A stretch of 58,194 nucleotides of DNA, filler included, from Sphacelaria rigidula (Eukaryota): assembly GCA_964200075.2 (NCBI GenBank). It is 7 parts of 7 records of this genome, joined end to end, with 100 filler letters (N's around TTAATTAATTAA, not from the genome) between each part and the next. Parts side by side here need not be neighbours in the genome. Positions count along the whole stretch, not along the records: positions 24,987 to 33,214 come from CAXNAA020011851.1; positions 33,315 to 41,542 come from CAXNAA020011852.1; 5 more parts are not named here. The stretch is one strand, 5' to 3'. The notes beneath the pieces were generated by a model. The model searched no databases. It worked only from the letters and a program-made list of their open reading frames with translations, and was not told where the DNA came from. This document shows positions 26,847 to 38,303 of this stretch, piece by piece. A program made the translations under genes and the position numbers. Position 1 is the stretch's first letter, and every line of letters begins with the position of its first letter.

Positions 26847-29326
26847 CTACCACGTATGAGATGCCCAAGGAGAAGGACTAGACGCTCCTAGCTCCAACTT
26901 TACGTTCGAATCCTTCCCTGCCTCTTTGAAAGCCACACCATCAAACATGCTCAGGCGTTTAGGTACCACTCGCGGCGAGCCCCAGAGCTGCCCCGTACTC
27001 CCACCACCACTGCTGATGAAGCTGCTCCTACCACCACCGCTGCTTCACCCATTCTAAGGGGCTGTGTGCTCGCAAAACTCCCTCACCCCATCGCCATCGT
27101 CTGTAGGAGAAGTGACTCTCAGCTCTACTTTCATTCCTGCTCCTGCTCTTGCCACCGAAGACATCTCATCATCTGCTCTAAAGGGTGAGTATTCCGGCAG
27201 CAACGGTGCCCTCGCATCCTGCCTCTCGCACACACCACGATGGGCATCAACACCATCGCTTAGGACAGAACCCGAGAATACTGTGCGCCTGCGTTTCGTT
27301 CCTTGCACGTCAGCAATGCTGCCCTAACCACCCAGCTTCGGTCTAACGCTGGGGATGCCCTCACCAGTGTTAAGATTCGCGGTGTCGGATATCGCAACTA
27401 TGTTGTGTGCAGAAGGATGTTGTCGGTCGGACGTTGCTCCATCAACATAGTTCTTGTAGATATCCCATTTGGAGCACCCCTCTTCACCCCACGTCTTGCT
27501 CACCGTACTCTCCATCCCCGCCCTGGCATGCTCAAAGCAGAACTCAGCCTTCTTGTTTTCAACTAAGCCATATGACGCCCGGATGAAGCAACATTCGTCA
27601 TCGCACTCGTCAACTTCACTCGCTACTTCTGCTGTGGCATGCTCGGAGCAGAACTGCACCGATTTGCTTCCCGCTACACACAAAGGAACACTGGGGCAGC
27701 CCTCGTCGCCGCGCTTATTCCTCACCACGCTCACCATTCCTGCCGTGGCATGCTTGGAGAGTAAAACCCCGCTTTGGTGCTACCCACTGCACCATACCAC
27801 GGTTGCGTGGAGCAACCCTCGTAGCGGCAGTTCTTTCTTCGTGCATTCCCCATCCTGCGCTGGCATGCCTAAGCAGCACTTTGCCTTCGTTCTACCTGCT
27901 ACACCATGCAATGCCTGTGTGAAGCAGCCTTCGTAGTCACACTTCTTGTTCTTCATATTTATCATTCCCGCCTGAGCATGCTTCAAGCAGAACTCCGCCG
28001 CTCTGCTTCCCGCTATCCCATACGATGGAGCCTTGGGGCAGCCCTCGTAGCCGCACCTTTTGTGTTTCACGTTCACCATTCCCGTCGTGGCATGTTTGGA
28101 GCAGAACTCCGCCTTCGCGCTTCCCGCTACCCCATACGACGGAGCCTCGGGGCAGCCCTCGTGGCCGCACTTTTTAGTTTTCACGTTTTCCATTCCCGTC
28201 GTGGCATGTTTGAAGCAGAACTCCGCCTCCGCGCTTCCCGTTACCCCATACGACGGAGCCTCGGGGCAGCCCTCGTGGCCGCACCTCTTGTTTGCCACAT
28301 TCACCATTCTAGACGTTGCATGCGTGAAGCAGAACTTCGCCGTTCTGCTTCCTGCTACACCATACGACGGAGCCTCCGGGCAGCCCTCGTAGCCGCACCT
28401 CTTGTTCTTCACACTCACCATTGCCGCCGTGGCATACTTGGAGCAGAACTCCGCCTTCGTGCTTCCCGCTAACCCATACGAAGGGACACTGGGGCAGTCC
28501 ACGTAGCGACACCTCCTCCTCACCACGCTCACCATTCCTGCCGTGGCATGCTTAGAGCAATACTCCGCTTTGGTGCTTCTCGCTGCGCCATACGACGGAT
28601 GCGTGGAGCAGCCCACGTAGCGACACTTTCTCCTACCACGTTCACCATTCCAGCCCTGGCATGCTTGACGCAGAACTCTACCTGATTGCTACCTGCTACA
28701 CCATACGATGGATGCGTGAAGCAACCCTCGTCGCTGCACTTCTTGCTTTTCACATTCACCATTCCTGCCCTGGCATACTTCCAGCAGACCTCCGCCACTC
28801 TGCTTCCCGCTATACCATACGACGGAAGCGTGGAGCAGCCCTCATAGCTGCACCTCTTGTTCACATTCACCATCCCCGCCATGGCATGCTTGAAGCAGAA
28901 CTCCACATTCGCGCTTGCCACTACACCATACGACGGATGCGCAGAGCAGCCCTCGTGGCCGCACCTATTGCTCGCTACATTTATCACTCCCGTCGTGACA
29001 TGTTCGTAGCAGAAATCTGCCTTTGCACCTTCGGCTACACAATGCGATGGATGCGTGGAGCAGTCCTCATAGCCGCACTTCTTGTTCCTCACATTCACCA
29101 TTCCCACCGTGGCATGCTTGGAGCAGAACTCTGACTCCGCGATTCCCGCCTCACCACATGATGGCTGCGTGGAGCAGCTCTCGTAGACGCAACTCTTTCT
29201 CGTCCCATTCACCATTCCCGCCGTGGCATGCTCGGGGCAGAACTCCGCCTGGCAGCCCTCTAACCCGTGGTATGGCGACTGGAGGTAGCCGTTGTCGAAG
29301 CCCTATTCGTTCGCGTGTCCGGCCAT
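26847..29326 (-). pseudogene. EsV-1-7-type cysteine-rich repeat gene (~16 x 38-aa C-x4-C-x16-C-x2-H units), disrupted
   Basis: Repeats such as CGHEGCPEAPSYGVAGSAKAEFCSKHATTGMVNVKHKR span ORFs 28529-29215, 27780-28616 and 27324-27737. Probable ATG at 29326 (MAGHANE) is followed by in-frame TAG at 29303-29305. A 1-nt deletion lies at ~28636, with further frameshifts at ~27870-27760 and ~27320. The tail frame continues through two stops (~27054, ~27045) to ...KDSNVKLELGASSPSPWASHTW*. No introns seen. Confidence 0.85.
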
Positions 29327-30071
29327 CAGCTCGTTTCGCGTGGTGATTCTACGAAAATCAGCTGCAAACGGTAGCAAAAACGGCAAAACGACAAAGAATA
29401 TTTCGTAAGCCATGAGTGAAAGCGAGTTGGAACGCTTTGTAGAACAACTGGGGCTGCTATTGCCGCACACTCTCCGGAAAAAAGCCGCTGCCAACGTTCA
29501 ATTGAGACGATGGTTCTTCAAAGCTGACCTCTACATCATTTTAGTAGGGATCGGAGGCGAATCAAGCACCAGTACAGTGCAATGAAAGGATGGTCGTGTT
29601 GAAGAAAACATGTGAAGCACAAAGCTAATGCCAAAATATGCCCAAACGTGACCGAGACCTAAGATTTTCACATATGCCAAGGATAACCCAGCGTTTGCTG
29701 GTCACACGGAGTGAGCAAGCTAAGAAAAATTGTGCGAAGTGAAGGGCCAGGCGACATAATCGACAGAGTGAGCGATCGCTATTCAGCATTGCAATCATAT
29801 TATACTCGGGTGCGCTTGGGGCCCCGCCAGCTTCCATGTACGCAGCACCAGCAGAAAGTATGTGCCATATCATGGATTGGAACAAAGATCACGGCCATGG
29901 AACATTGGACAGGACGACTCGAAACCGGGCGTGTATGTCATGTACCGCAGGTTTCATTGCGATGGCGTTCTGAGCTTTTACGTTGCATCAGCTGTTCGTC
30001 GGTGCTGCACACTCCGTGAGAACAATGATAGTACAGCACACGAGGACAGATGTCACCCTGTGGGGCACGTC

Positions 30072-30243
30072 TACAGGGTTCAGGGAAAGTGTACAGTGTT
30101 TCTCGCGGGGATTAGGCTGTAGGGTGTTTTGTTGCGCCACGCAGTACGCTTCACAGGGTTTCAGGAAGACTGTGCAGTGTTTCTCGCGGGGATTTGGCTG
30201 TGGGTTTTTCTTTCGTGCTGCACAGTACGCTTCACAGGGTTTC
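30072..30243. repeat. ~82-bp tandem duplication
   Basis: cagggtttcaggaa...cagtgtttctcgcggggatt.ggctgt.gg...cagtacgcttcacagggttt occurs twice. Confidence 0.75.
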
Positions 30244-32079
30244 GTCACCCCGAGTACTGTTCGTTGTTGTCAATATGCTGTACAGTGTTCATGTTAAGCG
30301 CACATACAATATACTCCACCATACAGCATAGGCATGGTACTGGCAGAAAAAAACGGTCGAGACATGACAGTAGTAGATATTGAACTCACACTCCCGTGCT
30401 CGGGAGATCGCCGAGGTATCTATTGAACTGCCCTATTTGTTCTTATTTGCGGAGAAAGTATCGTACTTCTAATCAATATCAAGCAAAAACCTCCATAAAC
30501 AAAAGCATGATAGATAAGGTGATGTTTTCTAAACATCATTTGGTTTGTCTTATTGGTAGACACTGGACCACGAGATTTTCGTGAACTATGTGTATTCGTA
30601 TGCGAGGTATACACCACCATTTCAGCATCCACGCCTGAAGCCAAAGCGTCGTATCTAAGCTCAGGCCTGTGGACATACACCCGTGATCAGTGTTTGAGAT
30701 TCGTATTCAGCAAAAGCTGTTGAGAATTCTATCCTTTGGCCCATTTGATATATATATATATTGAGGGCCAAGAGGGTGAATTATTTTCAACAATCTTTGC
30801 TACATCTCGGATCCCACCCGCTGATTATGGTGCAGGGTGCGGAACTTCCATAGTTGAGGCTGTTCGCAACAAGTTCTCTTTGTGCCCAATTTCCGGATGA
30901 ATCAGCGGGCAAAGTGAGGATTTATTTCGAGCTTCTTCTCTTGTATATATTCCAAAGATACCAGTGTGTATCGGATTTGTGGAGCAGATGAAGCTGTTTA
31001 AAGAACATCTCATTTTTGCCCAATTTATTTCATTGGGCAATAAAAGGATCTACTTTGAAAAGCTTGTCTATGGCACTTGTGTAGCAGATGAAGCTGTTCA
31101 AGATATATCCTTTTTTTGCCCAATTGAACTGGATAAAAAAAATCTGTTTCGAACAGCTTCTTCTGCTGTTCGAAATAGTTCCTTTTTTTGCCCCATTGCC
31201 CAATTGGAAATCGGGCAAAAAGAGGAGGTATTTTGGATAGCTTCTCAAAATAAATAAATGTAAAATATTTGTGACAAATTAGCTTGGAATTAACAAATTG
31301 GGAGTGCTTCTCCAGAGGGTTGCTTACAGGGTCTCGAGAAAAATGCTACACAAAATGCTGGTAGAGGTACTAGGTTTTGCAAATGCTGTATCGGGGTTTT
31401 CACAAAGACTGCGAAGAACCCTGTGCAGCACGTCTTACAGCGTGCTATCTGTCCACGTGTGAAGATAAGGTGAGAACGAAAGTTGACATCCGAATCATAC
31501 CTGCAAGGATGGGGTAAAAGATTCGTATCACATCGGCTGTGGGAAGACCTAAAACCGCTGAGCTAAAACCCATCCAGGGCATTTTGGGCTATTCATTATT
31601 CTGCGGACTCTGTCAAACGTTATAGAAATGTTCGACTTTTGAAGTGACCGTATCCCCTCGTTGAACATTTTTTGTTTTTTTCAGATTGTTGAAAAAACAC
31701 ACACCGAGATGGTGAAGAAGGTCAGAACTGAAATAGAACGAAGCAGTAGCTTTGAAACAAGAACAATATATTCGCCACATCTGGTTTCACAGTTTTCATG
31801 CACACTCCGTCTACACGGCATCATATACGACGACAACGCCGAGACACTACAGGGACACGAGTTCATGCATCGGTACCGGCGGGGGAAAGGTTCACCAGAT
31901 TCGCACCGGTGTGAGAAGACATGTGCGGGTGCATGGTCTGGACCAGACTTTTGTGTTCATCTTCGTCCTGACCTTTCTTGGTTGCATGCCGTAGCAGTCG
32001 TGTCCCGGAGACGTTGACAAATGTATCGCAACCTGATCAGTATCATGGGGTGGAGATGGCAACTGCGAGATGCACTATC

Positions 32080-32294
32080 TGTAATGCGTGAGAGGACCGC
32101 GTGCGTAGAGGACCGCATCGGAATTTGAAGACCCTTGTGGTTAGAGTTAGAGTGGGTTAGGGTTAGTGTTGGGGTTACGGTCAGGGGCGTAGTACATGCA
32201 GGGACTGGCCCGATTTGTTTTGAAAAACGTCGATCCTGAGGTGTTTTGAACTACGGCGCGATCCTCTAAGCACGCGGTGCTCTCACGCATTACA
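32080..32294. mobile_element. MITE-like element with 37-bp inverted repeats enclosing degenerate telomere-like (TTAGGG) repeats
   Basis: tgtaatgcgtgagaggaccgcgtgcgtagaggaccgc (32080-32116) versus gcgatcctctaagcacgcggtgctctcacgcattaca (32258-32294), 3 mismatches. Interior ggttagagttagagtgggttagggttagtgttggggttacgg. Confidence 0.75.
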
Positions 32295-33214
32295 CTTTCG
32301 GAATACGGTCGGTACGTTGGTGGTTTAGTTCCATCAGCTGCTCGCCGGCGTGAAAATGAGGCGTTTGGCTCCCGCCACTTCATGCGTTTCGGGTGTTGTT
32401 ACCGATTGAACATTATTTCGGATCACGTACTTGCTTCACAAGAGGCTATGTACACCAGGGCACCTGATCATCATCGAAAGAGTATACAGGTATCCCAAGC
32501 GTGTTGGGCGCATCTCGTCTAGAGAAGCGTGTCTTTAATCTAAGTCACTCACATGCGTTCTAAATAAACACATACCCTCCAAGAAACACGTCTATTTGTG
32601 TGAAGTAAACAGGCATTTTGCGTAGGCTCGACAGAAACGTTCGATAGAGAGTCTATGAGTCATATGTTGTACGTCTGAAATAAGCATGCATCCATACGTG
32701 TCGCGGTCTGCAATGGTCATTCGCGCAGTACAACACTGTGCGTACGTAAATTCGGGAACTTATTGTGAACCCAATACAGACAGAAGGAATAAAGTAGTGT
32801 GCTGCAGCTGCGCAAACTGTCAGTACAGTCGGGTGTGCTACACATAACAGGGTGTGTGAACGCCGCGGTAATGATAGGGAGGGGGATGTTTAGTGCGAGG
32901 GTTACGCCGTGAGGCACGAGACGCGTCCCGAATGTCGCAGCCCTATATAATACGGTACAATTGCATGCTCAATGTAGGGCGTGCCCATGGTGATAGTTTT
33001 GGGCGCTTTCGCTGTGACCGTTATTGCGCCGTGAAGGATGAGCCATGCATTCTATCGGAGCGCCCTGCTCCCCAGACGAGCCATGCGAAAAGTCGCCGCA
33101 AGTACCTCTGCATTGTGATATATCGCGCATGAAGGTGTGCAGAAGACATGAGTCATCCTACGATAGGGGGGGGGGGGGGGGACCCCTGATCATGCTTGCC
33201 CTAGACAAAAACCC

Positions 33215-33314
33215 NNNNNNNNNNNNNNNNNNNNNNNNNNNNNNNNNNNNNNNNNNNNTTAATTAATTAANNNNNNNNNNNNNNNNNNNNNNNNNNNNNN
33301 NNNNNNNNNNNNNN
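33215..33314. other. Artificial contig linker
   Basis: 44N-TTAATTAATTAA-44N. Confidence 0.98.
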
Positions 33315-34123
33315 CCCCCCCTCCCCTTGTCCAAGAACAGAAAAGCAAATAAACAATTACTTCGTGTATACAAACTTATCATTGTTACAATGTACATACT
33401 CCCCTCTTGTCTAGAGAGCAGCCAACCAATCCCCCCTGCTGTCGACACGAAGAACACATCTAATGGCACACGCATATGAACCATCTACCCACAAGCACGC
33501 AATGATCACCCCTCGGGGGGATGTCCAACGTCGAAGCTACATTATGTTCGTGTGAACAGAGTCGTTCATACGGAAGATCACATACCGGACTTCCCAGCCT
33601 ACCTTTAGACAGCGCCGGTTTTCTTCTAGTCTGAAGCAGCAAGCAAGCACAGCTACAACACGCGCTCTTTCGTCACATGCTAAATCATCAACGGACTCAG
33701 ACGGTCACGAATAACAGTCATCTGTGAATAGCGCCCGTACGTCAGTATCTTTAGCAAAGTATATCGCATTCCGCGCCTCGACCGCGCACCAACCTCCAGG
33801 TACCACCTACCGTGAACAATGTTTTCGTGAGATTGAGGGTGGAGGATGCGATTGTAAGTTTTGGGAATCGGTCTATCAATGAATGAATGTTTTCAGTTCC
33901 GAAATGCCCCTACACGAGGCCCGATGCGCTTCTGCAGTAGCTTGCCACTGAACCCTAAGACGGTAATCGGTCACAAAATCTCTCTTCAAGGGAAGAACAG
34001 TGCCCTCCGCCATCAACATCACAGAGCTAACGCGTCACCATCGGCCTACGAATGATGTCGACCACCACCTTGGTCAAGAGTAGCAGCAATAATCTGTGTC
34101 GCAGTCAAGCCAGACAAATGGTG

Positions 34124-36088
34124 CTAGGAAAGGTCAACCTCTGGCTTCACATTTGTCCCACCTTCGCATATCAGAATGGCTGCGGTAGCCGCGCTACGGG
34201 CGACTTGTGCCGGATCTAGTTCACCAGTCGCACGGGGTAGTTTGGTTCTTCTTGTTGTGCTGCTCCTCGAAAGCACAGCCTGTTCGGATTGATGCATCTT
34301 GCGAATGGGTGACCGTCTTGGATATCCTCCATTACCAGTCGATTGTTGCCCAGCTATCTCTAGCTTCACTTTTTTCGAGCGACTCGCCGATTTCTCAAGC
34401 CGACGAGCTGCTGGTCGGGCGTGGTTTCCACGGCGCACGTTCACCATCCCGTCCTCAGCGTGCCGTGAGCAGTACTCTGCCTTCCCAATTCCCGCCAATC
34501 CAAACGACGGATGTTTGGAGCAGCCCTCCCTGGAACACATTTTGTGAAATAGGTTCACCATGGTGTCGTCCGCGTGCTGTGAGCAGAACTCCGCCTTCCT
34601 GCTTCCCGCCAGCCCAAACGACGAACGCTTGAAGCAGCCGTCGCGGGAGCACGTCTCGTGTTGAACGTTCACCATCCCGTCTTCGGCGTGCTGTGAGCAA
34701 AACTCCGCCTTTCTGCTTCCCGCCAACCCAAACGATGGCCGCTTGAAGCAGCCCTTCCTGCAGCACGCCTTGTGAACTACGTTCACCATCCCGTACTCGG
34801 CGTGCTCTGAGCAAAACTCCGCCTTCCTGCTTCCTGCCAACCCAAAAAACGACCGCTTAGAGCAGCCCTCCCTGCAGCAAATTTTGTGGATCATGTTCAC
34901 CATTCCGTCCTCGGCGTGCTCTGAGCAAAACTTCGCCTTCCTGCTCCCCACCAACCCAAACGATGGCTGCTTGGAGCAGCCATCGCGAGAGCACACCTCG
35001 TTTTTAACGTTCACCATCCCGTCCTCGGCGTGCTGGGAGCAGAACTCCCTTTTTCTGCTTCCCACGAGCCCAAACGACGGCTGCCTGGAGCAGCCCTCCA
35101 TGGAGCACATCCTATCCTTGACGTTCACCATCCCGTCCTCGGCGTGCTGGGAGCAGAACTCCCTTTTTCTGCTTCCCACCGGCCCATACGACGGCTGCTT
35201 GAAGCAGCCCTCCATGGAGCACATCCTATCCTTGACATTGATCATTCCGTCCTCGGCGTGCTGGGAGCAGAACTCCCTTTTTCTGCTCCCCACCACCCCA
35301 TACGACGGCTGTCTGGAGCAGCCCTCCATGGAGCACATTCCCACCGACCCAAACGACGGTATCTTGAGGCGTCCGTCGCGGGAGTACGTGTTGTATTCAA
35401 CATCACCTATCATGTCGGCGTGCTGCAAGCAGAAATCCCGCTTCCTGCTTCCTGCCAACCCAAATAATGGCTGCTTGGAGCAGCCCTCCATGGAGCACAT
35501 CTTGTCCCGAAGACCAATCACCTCGTCCTCGACGTGCTGTAAGTAGAACTCCGCCTTCCTGATTCCCGTCAACCCAAACGACGGCCGCTTGGAGCAGTTC
35601 TCAGTGGAGCACACCTTGTGTTGAACGTCTACCATCCTGTCTTCGGCGTGCTGTGAGCACAGCTTTCTTTTTCTGCTTTCCACCAGCGCAAACGACGGTA
35701 GCCCAGAGCAGCCAGCCCCGGAGCACATCCTGTCTCGAAGATCAATCATCCCGCCCTCGACGTGCTGAGAGCAGAAATCCGCCTTCCTGCTTTCCGCAGA
35801 CGCAAACGACGCCTGCTTACCCTCCATGGAGCACGTCTCGTGAATCACAGCCATCATCTCGTCCTCAGTGTGCTGTGCGCAGAACTCCGCCTTCCTGCTT
35901 CCTGCGGACCCAAACGATGGCCGCTTCGAGCAGCCCTCCCTGGAGCATGCCTCGTTTTCAACATTCACCATCCCGTCTTTGGCGTGCTGTGAGCACAGCT
36001 CTGTACTGTGACTGCTTTCCAAGCCGCGAGACCGCAGCTTCAGACATCCCTCGTGAGAGCACGTCCTGTTTTCGCGGCCTATCGTCAT
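34124..36088 (-). CDS. Intronless EsV-1-7-type cysteine-rich repeat protein (654 aa from ATG 36088): 14 full-length plus 1 partial 38-aa C-x4-C-x16-C-x2-H units and a basic C-terminal tail
   Basis: Uninterrupted ORF (frame open from at least 36109). Unit consensus CSxEGCSKxPSFGLxGSRKAEFCSQHAEDGMVNVxxxx matches the EsV-1-7 cysteine-rich motif known from Ectocarpus siliculosus virus-1 and expanded in brown algae (e.g. IMMEDIATE UPRIGHT). Array spans 34424-36061. Tail contains SRSKKVKLE and NVKPE. Confidence 0.9.
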   Translation of the reverse strand: MTIGRENRTCSHEGCLKLRSRGLESSHSTELCSQHAKDGMVNVENEACSREGCSKRPSFGSAGSRKAEFCAQHTEDEMMAVIHETCSMEGKQASFASAESRKADFCSQHVEGGMIDLRDRMCSGAGCSGLPSFALVESRKRKLCSQHAEDRMVDVQHKVCSTENCSKRPSFGLTGIRKAEFYLQHVEDEVIGLRDKMCSMEGCSKQPLFGLAGSRKRDFCLQHADMIGDVEYNTYSRDGRLKIPSFGSVGMCSMEGCSRQPSYGVVGSRKREFCSQHAEDGMINVKDRMCSMEGCFKQPSYGPVGSRKREFCSQHAEDGMVNVKDRMCSMEGCSRQPSFGLVGSRKREFCSQHAEDGMVNVKNEVCSRDGCSKQPSFGLVGSRKAKFCSEHAEDGMVNMIHKICCREGCSKRSFFGLAGSRKAEFCSEHAEYGMVNVVHKACCRKGCFKRPSFGLAGSRKAEFCSQHAEDGMVNVQHETCSRDGCFKRSSFGLAGSRKAEFCSQHADDTMVNLFHKMCSREGCSKHPSFGLAGIGKAEYCSRHAEDGMVNVRRGNHARPAARRLEKSASRSKKVKLEIAGQQSTGNGGYPRRSPIRKMHQSEQAVLSRSSTTRRTKLPRATGELDPAQVARSAATAAILICEGGTNVKPEVDLS

Positions 36089-38303
36089 TTTGAAGACTTT
36101 CAGCGACACGGCTACGTCTGCTGTAGGCGGTGAGGGCTGGGGCGAAATAACTCAAGTCCGCACTGCCCGTCTCACCGAGTTTTCCGCCGGAGCTGAAGAA
36201 CTAGCCCGAACAGTAGTCAACGATCGCCGTTTCGTCAAACATTTGCTGTCCAGGGTGACCTGCTCTGCCGGCTGTTACGTCGAGTTCTCCACCTGACAGT
36301 ATTGCAATAACGAAAGTACCATGGTATCATGGCAGTGATTGCGGTGAGTGGGAGGCGCAGTCACACAATAGCATCTGCAGTGCAGAAACGGAGGTAATTA
36401 CGAAAAGGGTGTGCAGCTTAGTTTGCGACCAAAGCAATCGATGCGTCCCCTCAACTGTTGACAAGAATGTGCACCAGAGTTTTGCATCCAACACCAACTT
36501 GTTGAGTCCAGCCCGAACTTCAAATGCCCCTCGTCTAACTTCATTGCGGATACTCATGAACTTGGGGTTAAGGCAAAGTGTCTTTTCTGCTTCCTGTAGA
36601 AGGTTGGACATACAACCGATCCAACCTGCCCTTTTTCTTTCCGTTCCTTTCGCCGGAAATACGGTCAACCGAGTTACTCCGGGAAAAATGGGCCCTCGGA
36701 TGGGGACAACAGCACTCAGGTGCAGCGCCTGCTCAGATCTGCTTGTTTTGTAACCGTTCGGACAGCAGGGGTGCCGGGACTTGATGAGAACCGCGAACAC
36801 GGTCGACTCCCGGATCACTTCGAGCACTGGCAAACAGATGGACGGTGCGGTAGCAAATGGTGTTTCGCTGTTTCAGAGCGCACCGTTTCGGAGCAAAAAA
36901 CAGGCATTATTTCCAACAAGTTGGTCCACGCGCGCTTGTCCACTATTTCCGACTGGATTCGATTGGATCTTTATGGTCTACATGTATACAAACCAACAGC
37001 TATACGACGTCGTGAATATAACGGGGTCTTCATCTTGAGTACACGAAGGTGTTATCATCTCCACCCTTACGCCACTTCCACCGACATATCGGGGACCACA
37101 ACAGGTGCGATGTTGTGCCCAATTGTTTCGGCTACTCCGGCGTGATGCCAACGCAGCGTTCTCCCCCAACCAGATGCACACATCCATGCCTCTACTGAAA
37201 AACGGCATCATAAAGGTGCCATCACCACACGGCCACAAGTCACACGCGCAAGCAAACCACCATGGGAGCAAACTTGATTTCGCAGGAGCTTCTTCTAGAC
37301 TTCCGCCCCGTACGCGCCTAGACTGCCGAAACGCATGTACTCGATTCATTTTGATCCATGCACGATGGCGGGATAGAAATCTGTGCGATATCATGCACAC
37401 GAAAAACGCAGTGATACGGGGGATCCATGCGACTTCCGAACCAAGTGCGCACGACGCATATTTTTGTTGGTACGTGAGACTCTGCGCTGTATCTACTCCG
37501 TAAGTCGCAACGTGTAAGTCTTCGGACTCATGCAGATGGTTCCTTACGTGAGAATACTCATAGATATGAATGCAATACCAGACCTCCCGTCAACCGAGTA
37601 ACCGCGCGAGCACTCGTTCGGATTCCAGCTTGTCTCTCTACACGTGAAGGAGTTAGGTCCTGGTAACCCATAAGGTCTCCGCAGATTTACAGGATAATCG
37701 TAGGAGTCCGCAGAACGCCTGTCGATTTTACCCATAATCTGTACATCTACAGCACTTCCACTGACAGGGTGTGCGTGTTTGGCCCACACTGCAGTCAAGT
37801 GATCAGTGATTGGGCTGTTGTACCACATCTTACCGGTTCACCGGTATTCACTCATATCCAGGAGTTATGCTGAACCTGACGATTTTATGCTACGCAAGGT
37901 ACACTTGAGTCAAATCGGTTGGATTCATTATTCGCAATTGAATGAATCAAGTACGGGGCGGCAGTGCATTCGGAGGGTGAGTTTTGGTTCCACACGGGGA
38001 GGAGCAAAATATACGAGGTTGCCCATGACGCCATAACTCGACACCCGCGGGGATTATAAGGGTTGTCAGGTTCAGTCGATTGCCGTGACGAGGGCAATTT
38101 CTTGAGAGGCACTGATGCATAATTCTCGCATCAAAGCCCACATGTACTCGTTCTGTCTGCAAAAGGAACAGTCTGGTCGCGCTACTTGAGGCAAAGAGGG
38201 GTTACCCTGAATTTTGGCACGTGGAATGAAAAGAAAGTAAGAACATGAACATTTGAGGAGAGGCACGCATTCATCATATCGAGGTCATCATTGGAGTACT
38301 AGT

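Noticed and set aside
27469-35992. Long plus-strand ORFs over the repeat genes (e.g. 27906-28472, 34884-35546)
   Set aside because: Antisense shadows of the GC-rich repeat coding strand.
26847-36088. Tandem cluster of two EsV-1-7 genes
   Set aside because: They are on different contigs separated by an artificial linker at 33215-33314.
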